DNA of 64,000 nt from Candidatus Poribacteria bacterium. GTDB taxonomy: Bacteria > Poribacteria > WGA-4E > UBA9662. The notes below the pieces were generated by a model, which was not told where the DNA came from, ran no database searches, and saw nothing but the letters and a program-made list of their open reading frames with translations. This document shows positions 1 to 9,850 of this stretch, one piece after another. The translations under genes were made by a program, and so were the position numbers. Each line of letters starts with the position of its first letter. The first letter of the stretch is position 1. The stretch lies in contig JAYZAL010000100.1 of assembly GCA_036339735.1 (NCBI GenBank), positions 35,419-99,418 of the forward strand, given 5' to 3'.

Positions 1-1
1 C

Positions 2-472
2 TCTGCTAGAATCGTTTCGGACAAGTTTGGTCTGGATAGTGATAGCCGTAGCACCGGTTTGGGTGGTCTTGATTTAGGTTTAGTTGGCAAACTATATTCT
101 AATACATTTTCGTATGGTTTGGCTTTTAGAAACTTAGGTGGTGCAACCACACCATCCTTGGACTTGGGGGCAGCCTTCCGATATGGTGGTAAGAATGCTG
201 TTACGATTGCATTAGACCTGAGTAACGAATTTTCCGCGCTAGAAGAACAAGCAACAGCTGTTAAGATTGGGGTTGAGTATGTTCTAGCTAATATGTTTGC
301 TGTTCGTGCTGGCTCTCAAAGAACCTCAGATCGAACTAGCTTGTATGGTGGATTTGGAGTTAGCGTTTCTGACTTTGGGATTAATTATGCCATTAAGTTA
401 GTTGACAACACTGACTATGATGTTGTCGGAGATAAAAATACGCACTATATCTCTTTATCTTACGGTAATTAA
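2..472 (+). CDS. PorV/PorQ-like outer-membrane beta-barrel protein, 5'-truncated by window edge
   Basis: Frame is open from position 2. Alternating beta-strand pattern with 'LDLG...GLAFRNLG...KIGVEY...AVRAG...GFGV...INYA...HYISLSY', the same layout as the C-terminal half of 3989-4945. Confidence 0.6.
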   Translation, partial: SARIVSDKFGLDSDSRSTGLGGLDLGLVGKLYSNTFSYGLAFRNLGGATTPSLDLGAAFRYGGKNAVTIALDLSNEFSALEEQATAVKIGVEYVLANMFAVRAGSQRTSDRTSLYGGFGVSVSDFGINYAIKLVDNTDYDVVGDKNTHYISLSYGN

Positions 473-503
473 GTTACGGATCGGCATCTAAGGAGTAAGC
501 CCA

Positions 504-1541
504 ATGAAAATTCAAATTAACTTCGCCATTATTCTTTCCTTATTATTCGTTTATGGCCCGGTCTCAATAGCAAATTCGGCTACTATCACACCTAAATCTC
601 TTAATGGTAACACGCTTCTTATTACAATTGAAGAAGGAGATACTTTATGGGAGTTAGCCAATAAGTATTTGGAAGATCCTGGTTTATGGAGGGAATTTAA
701 AAAATACAATAGCTTTACCGACCCAAACCTGATTTTCCCGGGTGAGAAGCTACGTGTACCTAAGAGCTTTGCAATGCCAGCTCAATCTGTGATTACTGCT
801 GTTCAAGAAAAGAAACTACTTGCCGAAGAAGAAATAAAAGCAATTAAGCTTCAATTGAATCAGGCAGTGAGCGAGAGAGCAGACAATCAAAAACGAATTG
901 ATAATTTAAAAACTGATGTGGCTAGCCTGCAAAATGGAAGCAATGAACTTCGACAAGAATTGGATCAGCTACGGCGGTCATTAGAAGATGTTAATGACTC
1001 AAGTGAACAGCGTTTAAGTGGGTTTGGTGAAAGATTGAAGCGAATGTACAAAGGTACAGAGAAAGAATCTGAACAGCTTGAATCCACAATTGCTTGGATA
1101 AAAGACGAATTAGGTCAAACCGAAAAGGTTGTTAATGACACAGTTGATAAAGTCTTCTCGCCAGATAATGATGACTCCGTGATAGGATTAATCGAATCTG
1201 TAAAAGAACAGATTGCTGATTTGGATAAAAAAATCCAAGTGGTCGAGGAACAGAATGCTGAGCTAGTTCTTTCAGATACTAATGAGACTCAAACAACCCA
1301 GAAACTGATTAGTGAGAGAGAAGAAGGATCAATCTCTGATGAGGAGTTTTTAGTCAGTCTTTCTGAAAACGGTTTAGACTCTGATGAGAAGTTAGAAGAG
1401 CTTCATCAGCAAGGTGTTATTTCCACAGAAGAAATGACAGCTAAGAAATCCGAAGTTAAGAAGAAAAGAACTACTATCCTGATTACTGCGGTTGCTGGTG
1501 GAATAGCTTGGCTGGCCGTTAGTGCATTAGGTGGTAATTAG
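504..1541 (+). CDS. LysM-domain protein with signal peptide, long coiled coil, SHOCT-like repeats and C-terminal membrane anchor
   Basis: AAGGAG RBS; N-terminal hydrophobic signal; LysM 'ITIEEGDTLWELANKYL...NSFTDPNLIFPGEKLRVP'; heptad-rich middle; 'KKKR' followed by a hydrophobic C-terminal helix. Confidence 0.75.
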   Translation: MKIQINFAIILSLLFVYGPVSIANSATITPKSLNGNTLLITIEEGDTLWELANKYLEDPGLWREFKKYNSFTDPNLIFPGEKLRVPKSFAMPAQSVITAVQEKKLLAEEEIKAIKLQLNQAVSERADNQKRIDNLKTDVASLQNGSNELRQELDQLRRSLEDVNDSSEQRLSGFGERLKRMYKGTEKESEQLESTIAWIKDELGQTEKVVNDTVDKVFSPDNDDSVIGLIESVKEQIADLDKKIQVVEEQNAELVLSDTNETQTTQKLISEREEGSISDEEFLVSLSENGLDSDEKLEELHQQGVISTEEMTAKKSEVKKKRTTILITAVAGGIAWLAVSALGGN

Positions 1542-1558
1542 CTTCATTTTCAGCTTTT

Positions 1559-1600
1559 AAAACAGGATGAGGCTACATAGGGAACCTCATCCTGTTTTTT
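1559..1600 (+). terminator. Rho-independent terminator
   Basis: AAAACAGGATGAGG (1559-1572) pairs perfectly with CCTCATCCTGTTTT (1585-1598), 12-nt loop, ends in a T6 run, just after the stop at 1541. Confidence 0.85.
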
Positions 1601-1640
1601 GCTTCTATATTTTGCGTTAGAGTAACAGTCAGGCTTTCAT

Positions 1641-2183
1641 TTGAGCGGTATGCAGTTCGAAAAAATTGTAGGTGAAGACCAGCTAATTGAACTATATGGG
1701 GATCGTGTTGAATCCAGTGGTAATGATTTTGTTGGTGGATTGGCTTGGATTGGCACAGAAAGGGTGATGTGGGCCGAATGGGAATCAGATCAAATTAGCA
1801 TAGGCAGCATCCGCAGGTTAGAACGGTTATTCAAGTTGGCGAGTCATTCAGGACGTCCTTTTTTTTTGACGACCGATTTGGTTCAACAACTACGTTATCA
1901 GGCAGAACAATCATCGTTATCGGTCAAGATTGCAATTCAGTCCTGGATGGAATGTGTCGTCGACTATTCTTCTGCGATAGTTGTTGTTACAAGAAATAAA
2001 AAAGAGCCACTTGCTCGGTACGCCGACATGATTGCAGACTACACAGTTTCGTCCACAGCTGAAAGTCTTGAGATTATAAAAAAGTTGGATAAGGTAACGA
2101 AGGACGTCCTAAAACGAGAACGCAAACAGCGAATTCTTGGCTTTTCCCTTAACCAGAAGAAAGACTATTCATCACAGGAATGA
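1641..2183 (+). CDS. Degenerate acetyl-CoA carboxylase carboxyltransferase alpha (AccA)-like protein
   Basis: 'IELYGDR...FVGGLAWIG..RVM' and 'RRLERLFKLA...RPFF..TD' follow the AccA pattern (ELxGDR..IVGGxAR; RKAxRLMxxA..FxxPIITFID). The C-terminal 'L..ERKQRILGF' also matches. Catalytic motifs are absent. True start may be ATG 1650. Confidence 0.55.
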   Translation: MSGMQFEKIVGEDQLIELYGDRVESSGNDFVGGLAWIGTERVMWAEWESDQISIGSIRRLERLFKLASHSGRPFFLTTDLVQQLRYQAEQSSLSVKIAIQSWMECVVDYSSAIVVVTRNKKEPLARYADMIADYTVSSTAESLEIIKKLDKVTKDVLKRERKQRILGFSLNQKKDYSSQE

Positions 2184-2757
2184 TTATTTGTAAAATGTTT
2201 GACAGAACTTCTGCCGGGCTGTCCATAGCGTTAACTTCTTCGATAAGATGCGGTGGGTAGTATTCTAAAGTCGGTCGTGTCTGCTTGCGGTAAACTTCCC
2301 ACCTACGGCTAATTATATCTTCTCTCGCGTCATCTATGCGGTTTTCCTTTAAGGCACGCTGTCGCATTCTTTGAATCATTGCGTTTTCGTTCTCACACTT
2401 TAAGTGTATTATTTTTTGAACCTCAATGTATTCGTCTAGTTGCTTTGCCTGCTTAGGATTTCGTGGTATACCATCTAAGATCAAAAGATCTGAAGCCGGT
2501 TTGTACAATCCTAAAACTGTATGTGCATGGATATTCTGCTGCCAAAACTGAACCGTAATATCATTAGGTACTAATTCACCTCTAGATGAGTACTCGTAGA
2601 ATATATGGCCTAATTCCGAATCAACATCTAACATACGAAACATATCACCACTTGAGAGATGGAAAAGGTTTGGTATAGAACCGAGAATATTACCCTGTGT
2701 GCCTTTTCCAACACCAGGAGCACCAAACAGAAGTACAGTCGAGTAACGATCAGCCAT
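2149..2757 (-). CDS. adk: Adenylate kinase (short-LID type)
   Basis: P-loop 'LFGAPGVGKGTQG', 'HLSSGDMFR', 'GELVP', 'LILDGIPRN', 'RIDD...RRWEVY'. Confidence 0.85.
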   Translation of the reverse strand: MADRYSTVLLFGAPGVGKGTQGNILGSIPNLFHLSSGDMFRMLDVDSELGHIFYEYSSRGELVPNDITVQFWQQNIHAHTVLGLYKPASDLLILDGIPRNPKQAKQLDEYIEVQKIIHLKCENENAMIQRMRQRALKENRIDDAREDIISRRWEVYRKQTRPTLEYYPPHLIEEVNAMDSPAEVLSNILQIIIPVMNSLSSG

Positions 2758-2819
2758 TTACATACGCTCACAATTTTGTAGGCTCCAATTATACCTAAAA
2801 CACCAGAACTAGACAACCA

Positions 2820-3968
2820 GTGAAAATACTAATTGCACCTGATTCATTTAAAGGTTCAGCAACTGCAGATGAAGTAGGCAATGCTTTAGCTAGGGGGTTT
2901 CGTCGGATTTTTTCTGACGCTGATATTCGAGTATTACCTATGGCAGATGGTGGAGAAGGAACGGTTGCGGCACTGGTATCAGCAACAGGTGGTGAAATCC
3001 GGTCTTCAATAGTAAAAAATCCAATTGGTTGCGAAATTAGTGCTAATTACGGGATTTTAGGTGACCAAAAGACAGCCGTTATTGAGATGTCAGCCGCTTC
3101 TGGTTTAACATTGATCAAACCAGAACAGCGAAACCCATTGTTAACAACAACTTATGGTACTGGTCAATTAATACTCTCTGCACTCGACGATGGATGTCGA
3201 CGATTGATAATTGGAATTGGTGGTAGTGCAACTAATGATGGTGGTGCGGGAATGGCACAAGCACTAGGAGCATTACTAAAAAAGACAGATGGAACGTCAA
3301 TTTCGGCTGGAGGACAAGGACTCACTGAACTATCCGACATTGATGTTAGTAACTTAGACTGCAGGCTTGGTGAAACTGAGATTATTGTTGCTTGCGATGT
3401 TGATAATCCGCTTACTGGTCCCAAAGGTGCAAGCTATGTATATGGTCAACAAAAAGGAGCAACATTAGAAATGATGGAGGTCTTAGATCGAAGTTTGGCT
3501 CGCTACGCCGAAATCATCGAGATCTGTTTAGGTAAAGATATTGACAATTTACCAGGTGCTGGTGCTGCTGGCGGTTTAGGAGCAGGCTTAATGGCCTTTG
3601 TTAATGCCCAGCTAGAGTCTGGAATAGACATTGTCATAAATACTGTCAAATTAGTGGAACAACTAAAAGGTATCGATTTGGTCATTACCGGTGAAGGTTA
3701 TTTGGATCAACAAACAATTCATGGCAAAACTCCAGTTGGTGTAGCAAGAATTGCACAAAAACAAAACATACCAGTAATCGCTGTTGCTGGTGGTATTCAG
3801 GGTAATCCAGTCGGGCTTTATCAACAAGGCATTACTTCAATGATGGATATTACACCTGCACCGATACCTCTTTGTCAGGCCATGAACCAAACCATTTTAT
3901 TCTTAGAACAATCGAGTGAACGTATCGCTCGACTACTAAAAATCGGTGGTAGCTTATTTGCAAAATAA
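2820..3968 (+). CDS. glxK: Glycerate kinase (GlxK/GarK family)
   Basis: 'KILIAPDSFKGS', 'PMADGGEGT', 'GIGGSATNDGGAG', 'DVDNPLTG', 'GAGAAGGLG', 'ITGEG..D.QT..GK'. Confidence 0.93.
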   Translation: MKILIAPDSFKGSATADEVGNALARGFRRIFSDADIRVLPMADGGEGTVAALVSATGGEIRSSIVKNPIGCEISANYGILGDQKTAVIEMSAASGLTLIKPEQRNPLLTTTYGTGQLILSALDDGCRRLIIGIGGSATNDGGAGMAQALGALLKKTDGTSISAGGQGLTELSDIDVSNLDCRLGETEIIVACDVDNPLTGPKGASYVYGQQKGATLEMMEVLDRSLARYAEIIEICLGKDIDNLPGAGAAGGLGAGLMAFVNAQLESGIDIVINTVKLVEQLKGIDLVITGEGYLDQQTIHGKTPVGVARIAQKQNIPVIAVAGGIQGNPVGLYQQGITSMMDITPAPIPLCQAMNQTILFLEQSSERIARLLKIGGSLFAK

Positions 3969-3988
3969 TTAATCGGATCAAAATTATT

Positions 3989-4945
3989 ATGTTGAAAAAA
4001 AAACATCTGTATTTTCCACTCATAGCGTTCTGGCTCACTCTACTTACCACCATACCTTGTCGCGCTGCGTTTGTGGACTTTGGTAGTGGCGCTCGTCCCA
4101 TAGGATTTGGCGGTGCGTTTACAGCAATAGCAAACGACGCAAACGCTCTACACTATAATTCTGCAGGTTTAGTCAAATCGAAGACTATACAGCTACATGC
4201 TACTAGAATTTCACACTTGGGAGCTTTAGTAAATTACGATTTTTTGGCTGTGATCTTACCAATCAGTCGGATTGGTACTGTTGGTATTAGTACCGATTCA
4301 CTTGGAGATAATGAGGATATTTACCAAGAACGCCAGATCAGGCTTGCTTATGCCAAATCATTGGGAAAGAAAGTATCATTTGGTATAAGCCTAAAGAATT
4401 TTCGAACTAGTTACGATACTGAAATAGAATCGGTTAAAGATAATCCATATTTTTCTGTCTATCAGACTAACAGTTTTTCTGCTGACTTGGGATTTTTGGT
4501 TTTACCGATTTCAGGCTTACAAATTGGTTTGGCTGTGGATAATTTGATTCCAGCAAATGTTAGTGTAGCAACTGGTGATACAGACCGAGTGCCTGCCAAT
4601 ATCCGTCTTGGTGTAGCCTATGCACTTAATTCAATAGCAGCTACTATTCAGCAGGAATCCTTACAAAATATTTTTAAATCAGCTCATGGTAGTGCAGAAG
4701 TTGGGTGGCGAAATGGTGCAACAATAATAAAAAGTGGAGTTGAAATTTGGATTAATCCAACTATTGCGTTACGTGGAGGCTATTCCTTTTATACTAGCCA
4801 AACTGGTGTATTTTCAATTGGTAATAGCTTACGCTTGCCACTTGGACCAACCCAATTACAACTTGACTATGCTTATCAACTCTTTTTAAACGACTTGGCT
4901 GACAACGGGAACTCCCAAATTTTTTCTTTAGGTATTTCCTTTTAA
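3989..4945 (+). CDS. PorV/PorQ-family outer-membrane beta-barrel protein
   Basis: Signal peptide; hallmark 'GARPIGFGGAFTAIANDANALHYNSAGL'; ends in an aromatic beta-signal 'FSLGISF'. Confidence 0.75.
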   Translation: MLKKKHLYFPLIAFWLTLLTTIPCRAAFVDFGSGARPIGFGGAFTAIANDANALHYNSAGLVKSKTIQLHATRISHLGALVNYDFLAVILPISRIGTVGISTDSLGDNEDIYQERQIRLAYAKSLGKKVSFGISLKNFRTSYDTEIESVKDNPYFSVYQTNSFSADLGFLVLPISGLQIGLAVDNLIPANVSVATGDTDRVPANIRLGVAYALNSIAATIQQESLQNIFKSAHGSAEVGWRNGATIIKSGVEIWINPTIALRGGYSFYTSQTGVFSIGNSLRLPLGPTQLQLDYAYQLFLNDLADNGNSQIFSLGISF

Positions 4946-4948
4946 ACC

Positions 4949-6349
4949 ATGGCAGGAAAAATGTTTATCAATTACCGTATTTTGAAGCTTATATTTTTTG
5001 TTATAATTGGCTGTTTATCTGAGTTGGCAATATGGGCAGCGGTCACATCGATGGGTGAAATCAACGCGATTGGGGACGATAGAGGTATTGTACCAGCTAG
5101 TTCAAATGTTGAATTAATCTTCACCCTGAATATTGATCGTTCTCGTGCTGAGCCGGGTGAAGAAATCAAAACGATTGAAATTACTATTCCAGCAGGCTTT
5201 ACTATAGGAGTCAATGATGTCATTTCAGTTATGCGTGAACAAACTGAATTAAATGTGCGCCCAGAGGTTGTTGGTCGTATCTTACGAATCGTTCTAGTTA
5301 AGGAAATTGGTGATTTTTCTTCTTCTTTGTATCAAGTGGTGCTGCGTAGTAAGACTCCAGATGTCATAACTCAAACAGCAAAATTTAAGGTTGTTTTGCG
5401 TAATCTTCAGGATATTGCCATTGGAGAATATATCAAACCTGGAAATGCGGATGGACGACCAAATAATAACGATTTTTCGTTGCAAATTATCCCAAATATT
5501 CCACCCGACCCAATAATTAATTTTGAAGCTAAAGTCGACGATAATGGAGAAAATGATGTTTATTTGAGCTGGCTACCCTCTGTGGATCAAGATGTTACTG
5601 GCTATTTTATTTATCGTGGAACAGAGGAAGAAATACTGATGACACTCAATGGTCGTGAGACAAAACAGACTACAGATATTAACGTACCCGTTGGGAGCTA
5701 TCGTTATTCTATTCGTGCTTTTAAATCACAACTATTGAAATCAATGGCGAGTCAGAGTCAAGTAATAACTGTCGGTGCTGATACTGCGCCGCCTCTTCCG
5801 ATCATGAATTTAACTATTCAGACCTTTGGTGAAACCGTCAAATTGATTTGGGTTCAAAGTCCCAGTCAAGATGTAAAAAAATATCAGATTTTGCGCGACG
5901 AAATTCTTGTACCAGATGGCGAAATTCTTGCTGATAGTAATAAGAAAGAATATGAATTTGACTATCAATATCGTTTGCCAAAAGGTGTTACTATTTATTC
6001 AGTCTCAGCACTTGATGAAGTTGGTAACAAATCAATATCAATAACACAGACCATTCGAATTTTTGACAAGCCCTATCCAAACCCATTTACACCGCTTTCT
6101 GATAATCCTGATTTTAATAAAATTTCGTTTCCTAAAAGAGTTTTAAAAGATATAGAAGGTCAGTTTTCAGTATCTATCTTCAACCTTAATGGTTCATTAA
6201 TTAGGACATTGACCGCTGATGCACTTGCAACCAAATTGGAATGGGATGGGAAAAATGAGTCTGGCACAATAGTTGAGAGTGGAATCTATATCTATCAAGT
6301 TACAGTTGGAGATGAATTCAGCACGGGTACAGTAATATTAGCGAAATGA
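4949..6349 (+). CDS. Secreted fibronectin-III repeat protein with FlgD-Ig / T9SS-like C-terminal domain
   Basis: Signal peptide; two FN3-like units ('VYLSW...DVTGYFIYR', 'VKLIW..SPSQDVKKYQILR...YSVSALDEVGNKS'); tail 'PYPNPFTP...IFNLNGSLIRTL...WDGKNESG..VESGIYIYQV'. Confidence 0.75.
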   Translation: MAGKMFINYRILKLIFFVIIGCLSELAIWAAVTSMGEINAIGDDRGIVPASSNVELIFTLNIDRSRAEPGEEIKTIEITIPAGFTIGVNDVISVMREQTELNVRPEVVGRILRIVLVKEIGDFSSSLYQVVLRSKTPDVITQTAKFKVVLRNLQDIAIGEYIKPGNADGRPNNNDFSLQIIPNIPPDPIINFEAKVDDNGENDVYLSWLPSVDQDVTGYFIYRGTEEEILMTLNGRETKQTTDINVPVGSYRYSIRAFKSQLLKSMASQSQVITVGADTAPPLPIMNLTIQTFGETVKLIWVQSPSQDVKKYQILRDEILVPDGEILADSNKKEYEFDYQYRLPKGVTIYSVSALDEVGNKSISITQTIRIFDKPYPNPFTPLSDNPDFNKISFPKRVLKDIEGQFSVSIFNLNGSLIRTLTADALATKLEWDGKNESGTIVESGIYIYQVTVGDEFSTGTVILAK

Positions 6350-6374
6350 CTTAGACAGTATTGGTTACATCGTT

Positions 6375-7064
6375 ATGAAAACAATAACAGATATCGAGAA
6401 CATTATATTTGATTTTGGTGGCACCTTAGATGGAAATGGTATACACTGGCGCGATCGTTTTTTTTATTTAATTAAAAAACAAATTCCAGCACTTACTTGG
6501 GAACAGTTCGAATATGCTGATCACCGATCTATTGCTGATTTCGTGGCTGATGAACGAACGAAAAGTCGCACTCTGAGACAATCAGCAGAAACTATTTTAA
6601 GTGGGATTAACCACTATCTTCCGATAGGTATAATAGATTTAGCCTTAACTACCGAGCAATTTTGTCAGCCAGCTGAGGAATTTCTCAAAAGAAACCGAGA
6701 TTTTCTTGAAAAACTGGCCAGTAGCTACCGCTTGGGAGTTATTAGTAATAATTTTGGCAACACTCAAGGGTGGTGCGACGAATATGAATTGACTCCTCTA
6801 CTTGACACTGTTATAGACTCGACCGTGGTAGGAATTGAAAAACCAGATCCCCAAATTTTCTATCTTGCACTAGACGAAATGGGGATAAGCTCAAAGAATT
6901 CAGTCTACGTTGGAGACACATTTAGTGACGATGTAGTAGGCTCTAATCAAGCCGGAATGTTTTCGGCTTGGTTGGTTGGAACAGAAGACAAAGCCTGTCC
7001 GAATCCTTCATTGGTCGATATATTTCTATCTCAATTGGATACTTTGACCGACTTCCTTGCTTAA
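6375..7064 (+). CDS. HAD-superfamily hydrolase (subfamily IA)
   Basis: Motif I 'IIFDFGGTL', 'GVISN', 'EKPDPQIF', 'YVGDTFSDDVVGS'. Confidence 0.88.
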   Translation: MKTITDIENIIFDFGGTLDGNGIHWRDRFFYLIKKQIPALTWEQFEYADHRSIADFVADERTKSRTLRQSAETILSGINHYLPIGIIDLALTTEQFCQPAEEFLKRNRDFLEKLASSYRLGVISNNFGNTQGWCDEYELTPLLDTVIDSTVVGIEKPDPQIFYLALDEMGISSKNSVYVGDTFSDDVVGSNQAGMFSAWLVGTEDKACPNPSLVDIFLSQLDTLTDFLA

Positions 7065-7094
7065 TCTTAATGATCAATTACGTTGTTTTAGAAC

Positions 7095-8696
7095 ATGAGC
7101 GAATTTTTTCCTCTTTTTCAAGATCCTAGTCTGAAACAGATTTTAAAACTGCTAAAAAACGGTAATCTAGATACCGCTAGGCGACAATGCTACTCTATTT
7201 TATTACAAGATAATCAAAATACTTCTGTTCTTTTCCTTCTCGGTGTAATTGCTGAAAAAAAAGGTGAGATTGAAAGTGCAGTAAAGTACCTAAAAAAATC
7301 AATTGTCGCCAATTCAAATAACCTGGAAAAACACAACTATCTAGGTCAAACTTTGGAAAAACAGGGGGCAATTTCAGAAGCGATCGCTGTCTATCGATAC
7401 TCTCTCAGCAAAAATCCTAGCCAAGTTCAGATTCTAGCCAAATTGGCTAATTTACTGCAATCAGGTGGATCTTTTGATTTGGCTATCTACTACTATCAAC
7501 GTGCCATCGAAATCGATCCAAGTTGTCACACGAATTACAATGGTTTAGGTTTAAGCTTACAAAAAAAAGGCATGCAAAACGAAGCGATCAAAGTTTTTCA
7601 ACGATCGATCGCTATCAATCCTCAGATCGCAGACAGCTACTATAATTTGTGTGGAGCTTTGCTTATCCAGGGAAGGGCTACTGACGCTGTAAAAGTTTAT
7701 CAAACTGCTGTTTCTATTATTCCGGATAGTGCGCAGCTTCGCTTTTTTTATGGTCAGTCGCTGCTCTTAATTGGTGATTTTGCAACTGGCTGGGTCCAAT
7801 ATGAAGCTCGTGTAGAATTAGAATCCTTCAAGTTATACAAAGACATACCACTTTTACCGAAAGTAGATGATTCAAGACAAAAGAAACAATCTATTTGTGT
7901 GTATGCTGACCAAGGAATTGGAGATGCTATTCAATTCCTACGTTTTTTACCACAAATTGCTCAACTTGGGGCTAGAATAGGCCTCGTCTGCCAAAAAGAA
8001 TTATTGCCCTTGATTGAGCAGAACCAAATTGAACTCAATATTAAGTCAGTGTATGCATTGGATTCTACACTTAACAAAAAAGAATTCGATTATTGCCTAC
8101 CCTTGTCTAGCTTGGCTTATTACTTGGGAATCAACGAAGAAAATCATTTTACACCTAGAATTCCTTATATTAGCTCTGCTAGATGTCACTCTCACTGTCA
8201 ATTAGAAATAAGTAAATTTAGAGTTGGCCTAGTTTGGGCAGGTAATCCTAAACACGTTAATGACCAATTTCGGTCAATCTCTCTGCAACACTTTGCGACT
8301 TTTTCTGACTTATCTGAATGTCAGTTTTATAGCCTGCAAGTAGGAGCTAAGGCTAATCAATTGAAAACACTCCAGCCAAATTTTCCCATTATCGATTTAA
8401 GCCAGTATTTACGAAATTTTGCAGATACTGCCAGTGTAATCGATCAGCTTGACCTCTTGATTAGCGTTGATACTTCTGTAGCTCACTTAGCGGGTGCAAT
8501 GGGTAAATCTGTGTGGGTACTAATTCCGTCCAAACCCGATTGGAGGTGGCAACTAGACCGTAGTGATAGCCCTTGGTATCCCAGCTTAAGGCTATTTCGA
8601 CAAAAAAAAATCGGTCTATGGTCTGATGTTTTGGACGAGATCAAAGCACAACTTTTGATTCTTATGCAGACTCATCAAGCCCAATTTAGGACTTGA
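7095..8696 (+). CDS. TPR-repeat protein with C-terminal GT-B (GT9-like) glycosyltransferase domain
   Basis: About six TPRs, then 'DQGIGDAIQFLRF', 'VGLVWAGNP', 'FADTASVIDQLDLLISVDTSVAHLAGAMG', 'WRW...SPWYPSLRLFRQ'. Confidence 0.85.
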   Translation: MSEFFPLFQDPSLKQILKLLKNGNLDTARRQCYSILLQDNQNTSVLFLLGVIAEKKGEIESAVKYLKKSIVANSNNLEKHNYLGQTLEKQGAISEAIAVYRYSLSKNPSQVQILAKLANLLQSGGSFDLAIYYYQRAIEIDPSCHTNYNGLGLSLQKKGMQNEAIKVFQRSIAINPQIADSYYNLCGALLIQGRATDAVKVYQTAVSIIPDSAQLRFFYGQSLLLIGDFATGWVQYEARVELESFKLYKDIPLLPKVDDSRQKKQSICVYADQGIGDAIQFLRFLPQIAQLGARIGLVCQKELLPLIEQNQIELNIKSVYALDSTLNKKEFDYCLPLSSLAYYLGINEENHFTPRIPYISSARCHSHCQLEISKFRVGLVWAGNPKHVNDQFRSISLQHFATFSDLSECQFYSLQVGAKANQLKTLQPNFPIIDLSQYLRNFADTASVIDQLDLLISVDTSVAHLAGAMGKSVWVLIPSKPDWRWQLDRSDSPWYPSLRLFRQKKIGLWSDVLDEIKAQLLILMQTHQAQFRT

Positions 8697-8730
8697 ATCA
8701 TTATCCATCATCAGCTCGTTGGAATATTTT

Positions 8731-9825
8731 ATGTTCTATCATCTATTTTTTGAAACATTGAAGGAATACTTTTCGCCCTTCAATATTTTTCGCTATATCA
8801 GTTTTCGAGCTATTTACGCTACTATTACAGCCTTGCTACTCTCGCTTTTTTTGGGACCAATGATGATTACCTACCTAAAGAAACTTAAAATTGGTCAATA
8901 TATACGAGAGGATGGACCACAAACACATCTTAGTAAAGCCGGAACTCCCACAATGGGTGGAGTCCTAATAATTGCGTCAGTGTTAATGTCTATAATAATG
9001 TGGGCTCGCTGGGATCAACCAATTTTATACATTATGATTTTCAGCCTAATTTGGTTTGCTGGATTGGGTTTTCTAGATGACTATCGTAAATTGACCCAAA
9101 GACAGTCTCTCGGCTTACGCGCTTGGCAAAAGCTTTGTCTTCAAGGGATTGGTGCAATAATTATTTCAGTCTATCTTTTCAAGTATGGATATAGCAGTTC
9201 TGAAGAAGGTGGAAAACTGATTATTCCATTTTTCAAACAGTACCGGCCTAATTTAGGCTACTTAATGATCCCATTTTCTGTTTTGGTGATTGTTGGTTCA
9301 TCCAATGCTGTCAACTTGACAGATGGCTTAGATGGTTTGGCGATTGGTTGTACGTTGTTTGTAGCTGTTGCGTTTGGAGTGACAGGTTATTTAACCAGTC
9401 ATCAAAATTTGTCAAACTATTTGGACATTATTCACTTACCTACTAATGGAGAAGTAGCCACGATCTTTTGCGCAGCTCTAATAGGAGCTGGTATTGGATT
9501 TTTGTGGTACAACTGTCATCCAGCTGAGGTTATAATGGGAGACACGGGATCACTTGCACTCGGTGCTTCACTTGGTACAGTTGCTCTTGTTATCAAAGCG
9601 GAAATTATGCTCGTTATTGTCGGAGGGATTTTTGTAGTCGAGGTACTGTCTGTAATTTTACAAGTATGGTCATTTCGTACCCGACAAAAACGGATTTTCA
9701 AAATGGCTCCTCTACATCATCATTTCGAACTAATCGGTTGGCACGAGACTAAGGTTGTCACTCGTTTCTGGATTATCGCACTGATCCTGATGCTGATTGG
9801 ACTGAGCACCTTAAAAATCCGATAA
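8731..9825 (+). CDS. mraY: Phospho-N-acetylmuramoyl-pentapeptide transferase
   Basis: 'HLSKAGTPTMGG', 'GFLDDY', 'NAVNLTDGLDGLA', 'MGDTGSLALG', 'MAPLHHHFE'. Start taken at ATG 8731 (ORF track starts at TTG 8719). Confidence 0.97.
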   Translation: MFYHLFFETLKEYFSPFNIFRYISFRAIYATITALLLSLFLGPMMITYLKKLKIGQYIREDGPQTHLSKAGTPTMGGVLIIASVLMSIIMWARWDQPILYIMIFSLIWFAGLGFLDDYRKLTQRQSLGLRAWQKLCLQGIGAIIISVYLFKYGYSSSEEGGKLIIPFFKQYRPNLGYLMIPFSVLVIVGSSNAVNLTDGLDGLAIGCTLFVAVAFGVTGYLTSHQNLSNYLDIIHLPTNGEVATIFCAALIGAGIGFLWYNCHPAEVIMGDTGSLALGASLGTVALVIKAEIMLVIVGGIFVVEVLSVILQVWSFRTRQKRIFKMAPLHHHFELIGWHETKVVTRFWIIALILMLIGLSTLKIR

Positions 9826-9850
9826 AAATACGTGATCATGGAGAAGAAAT

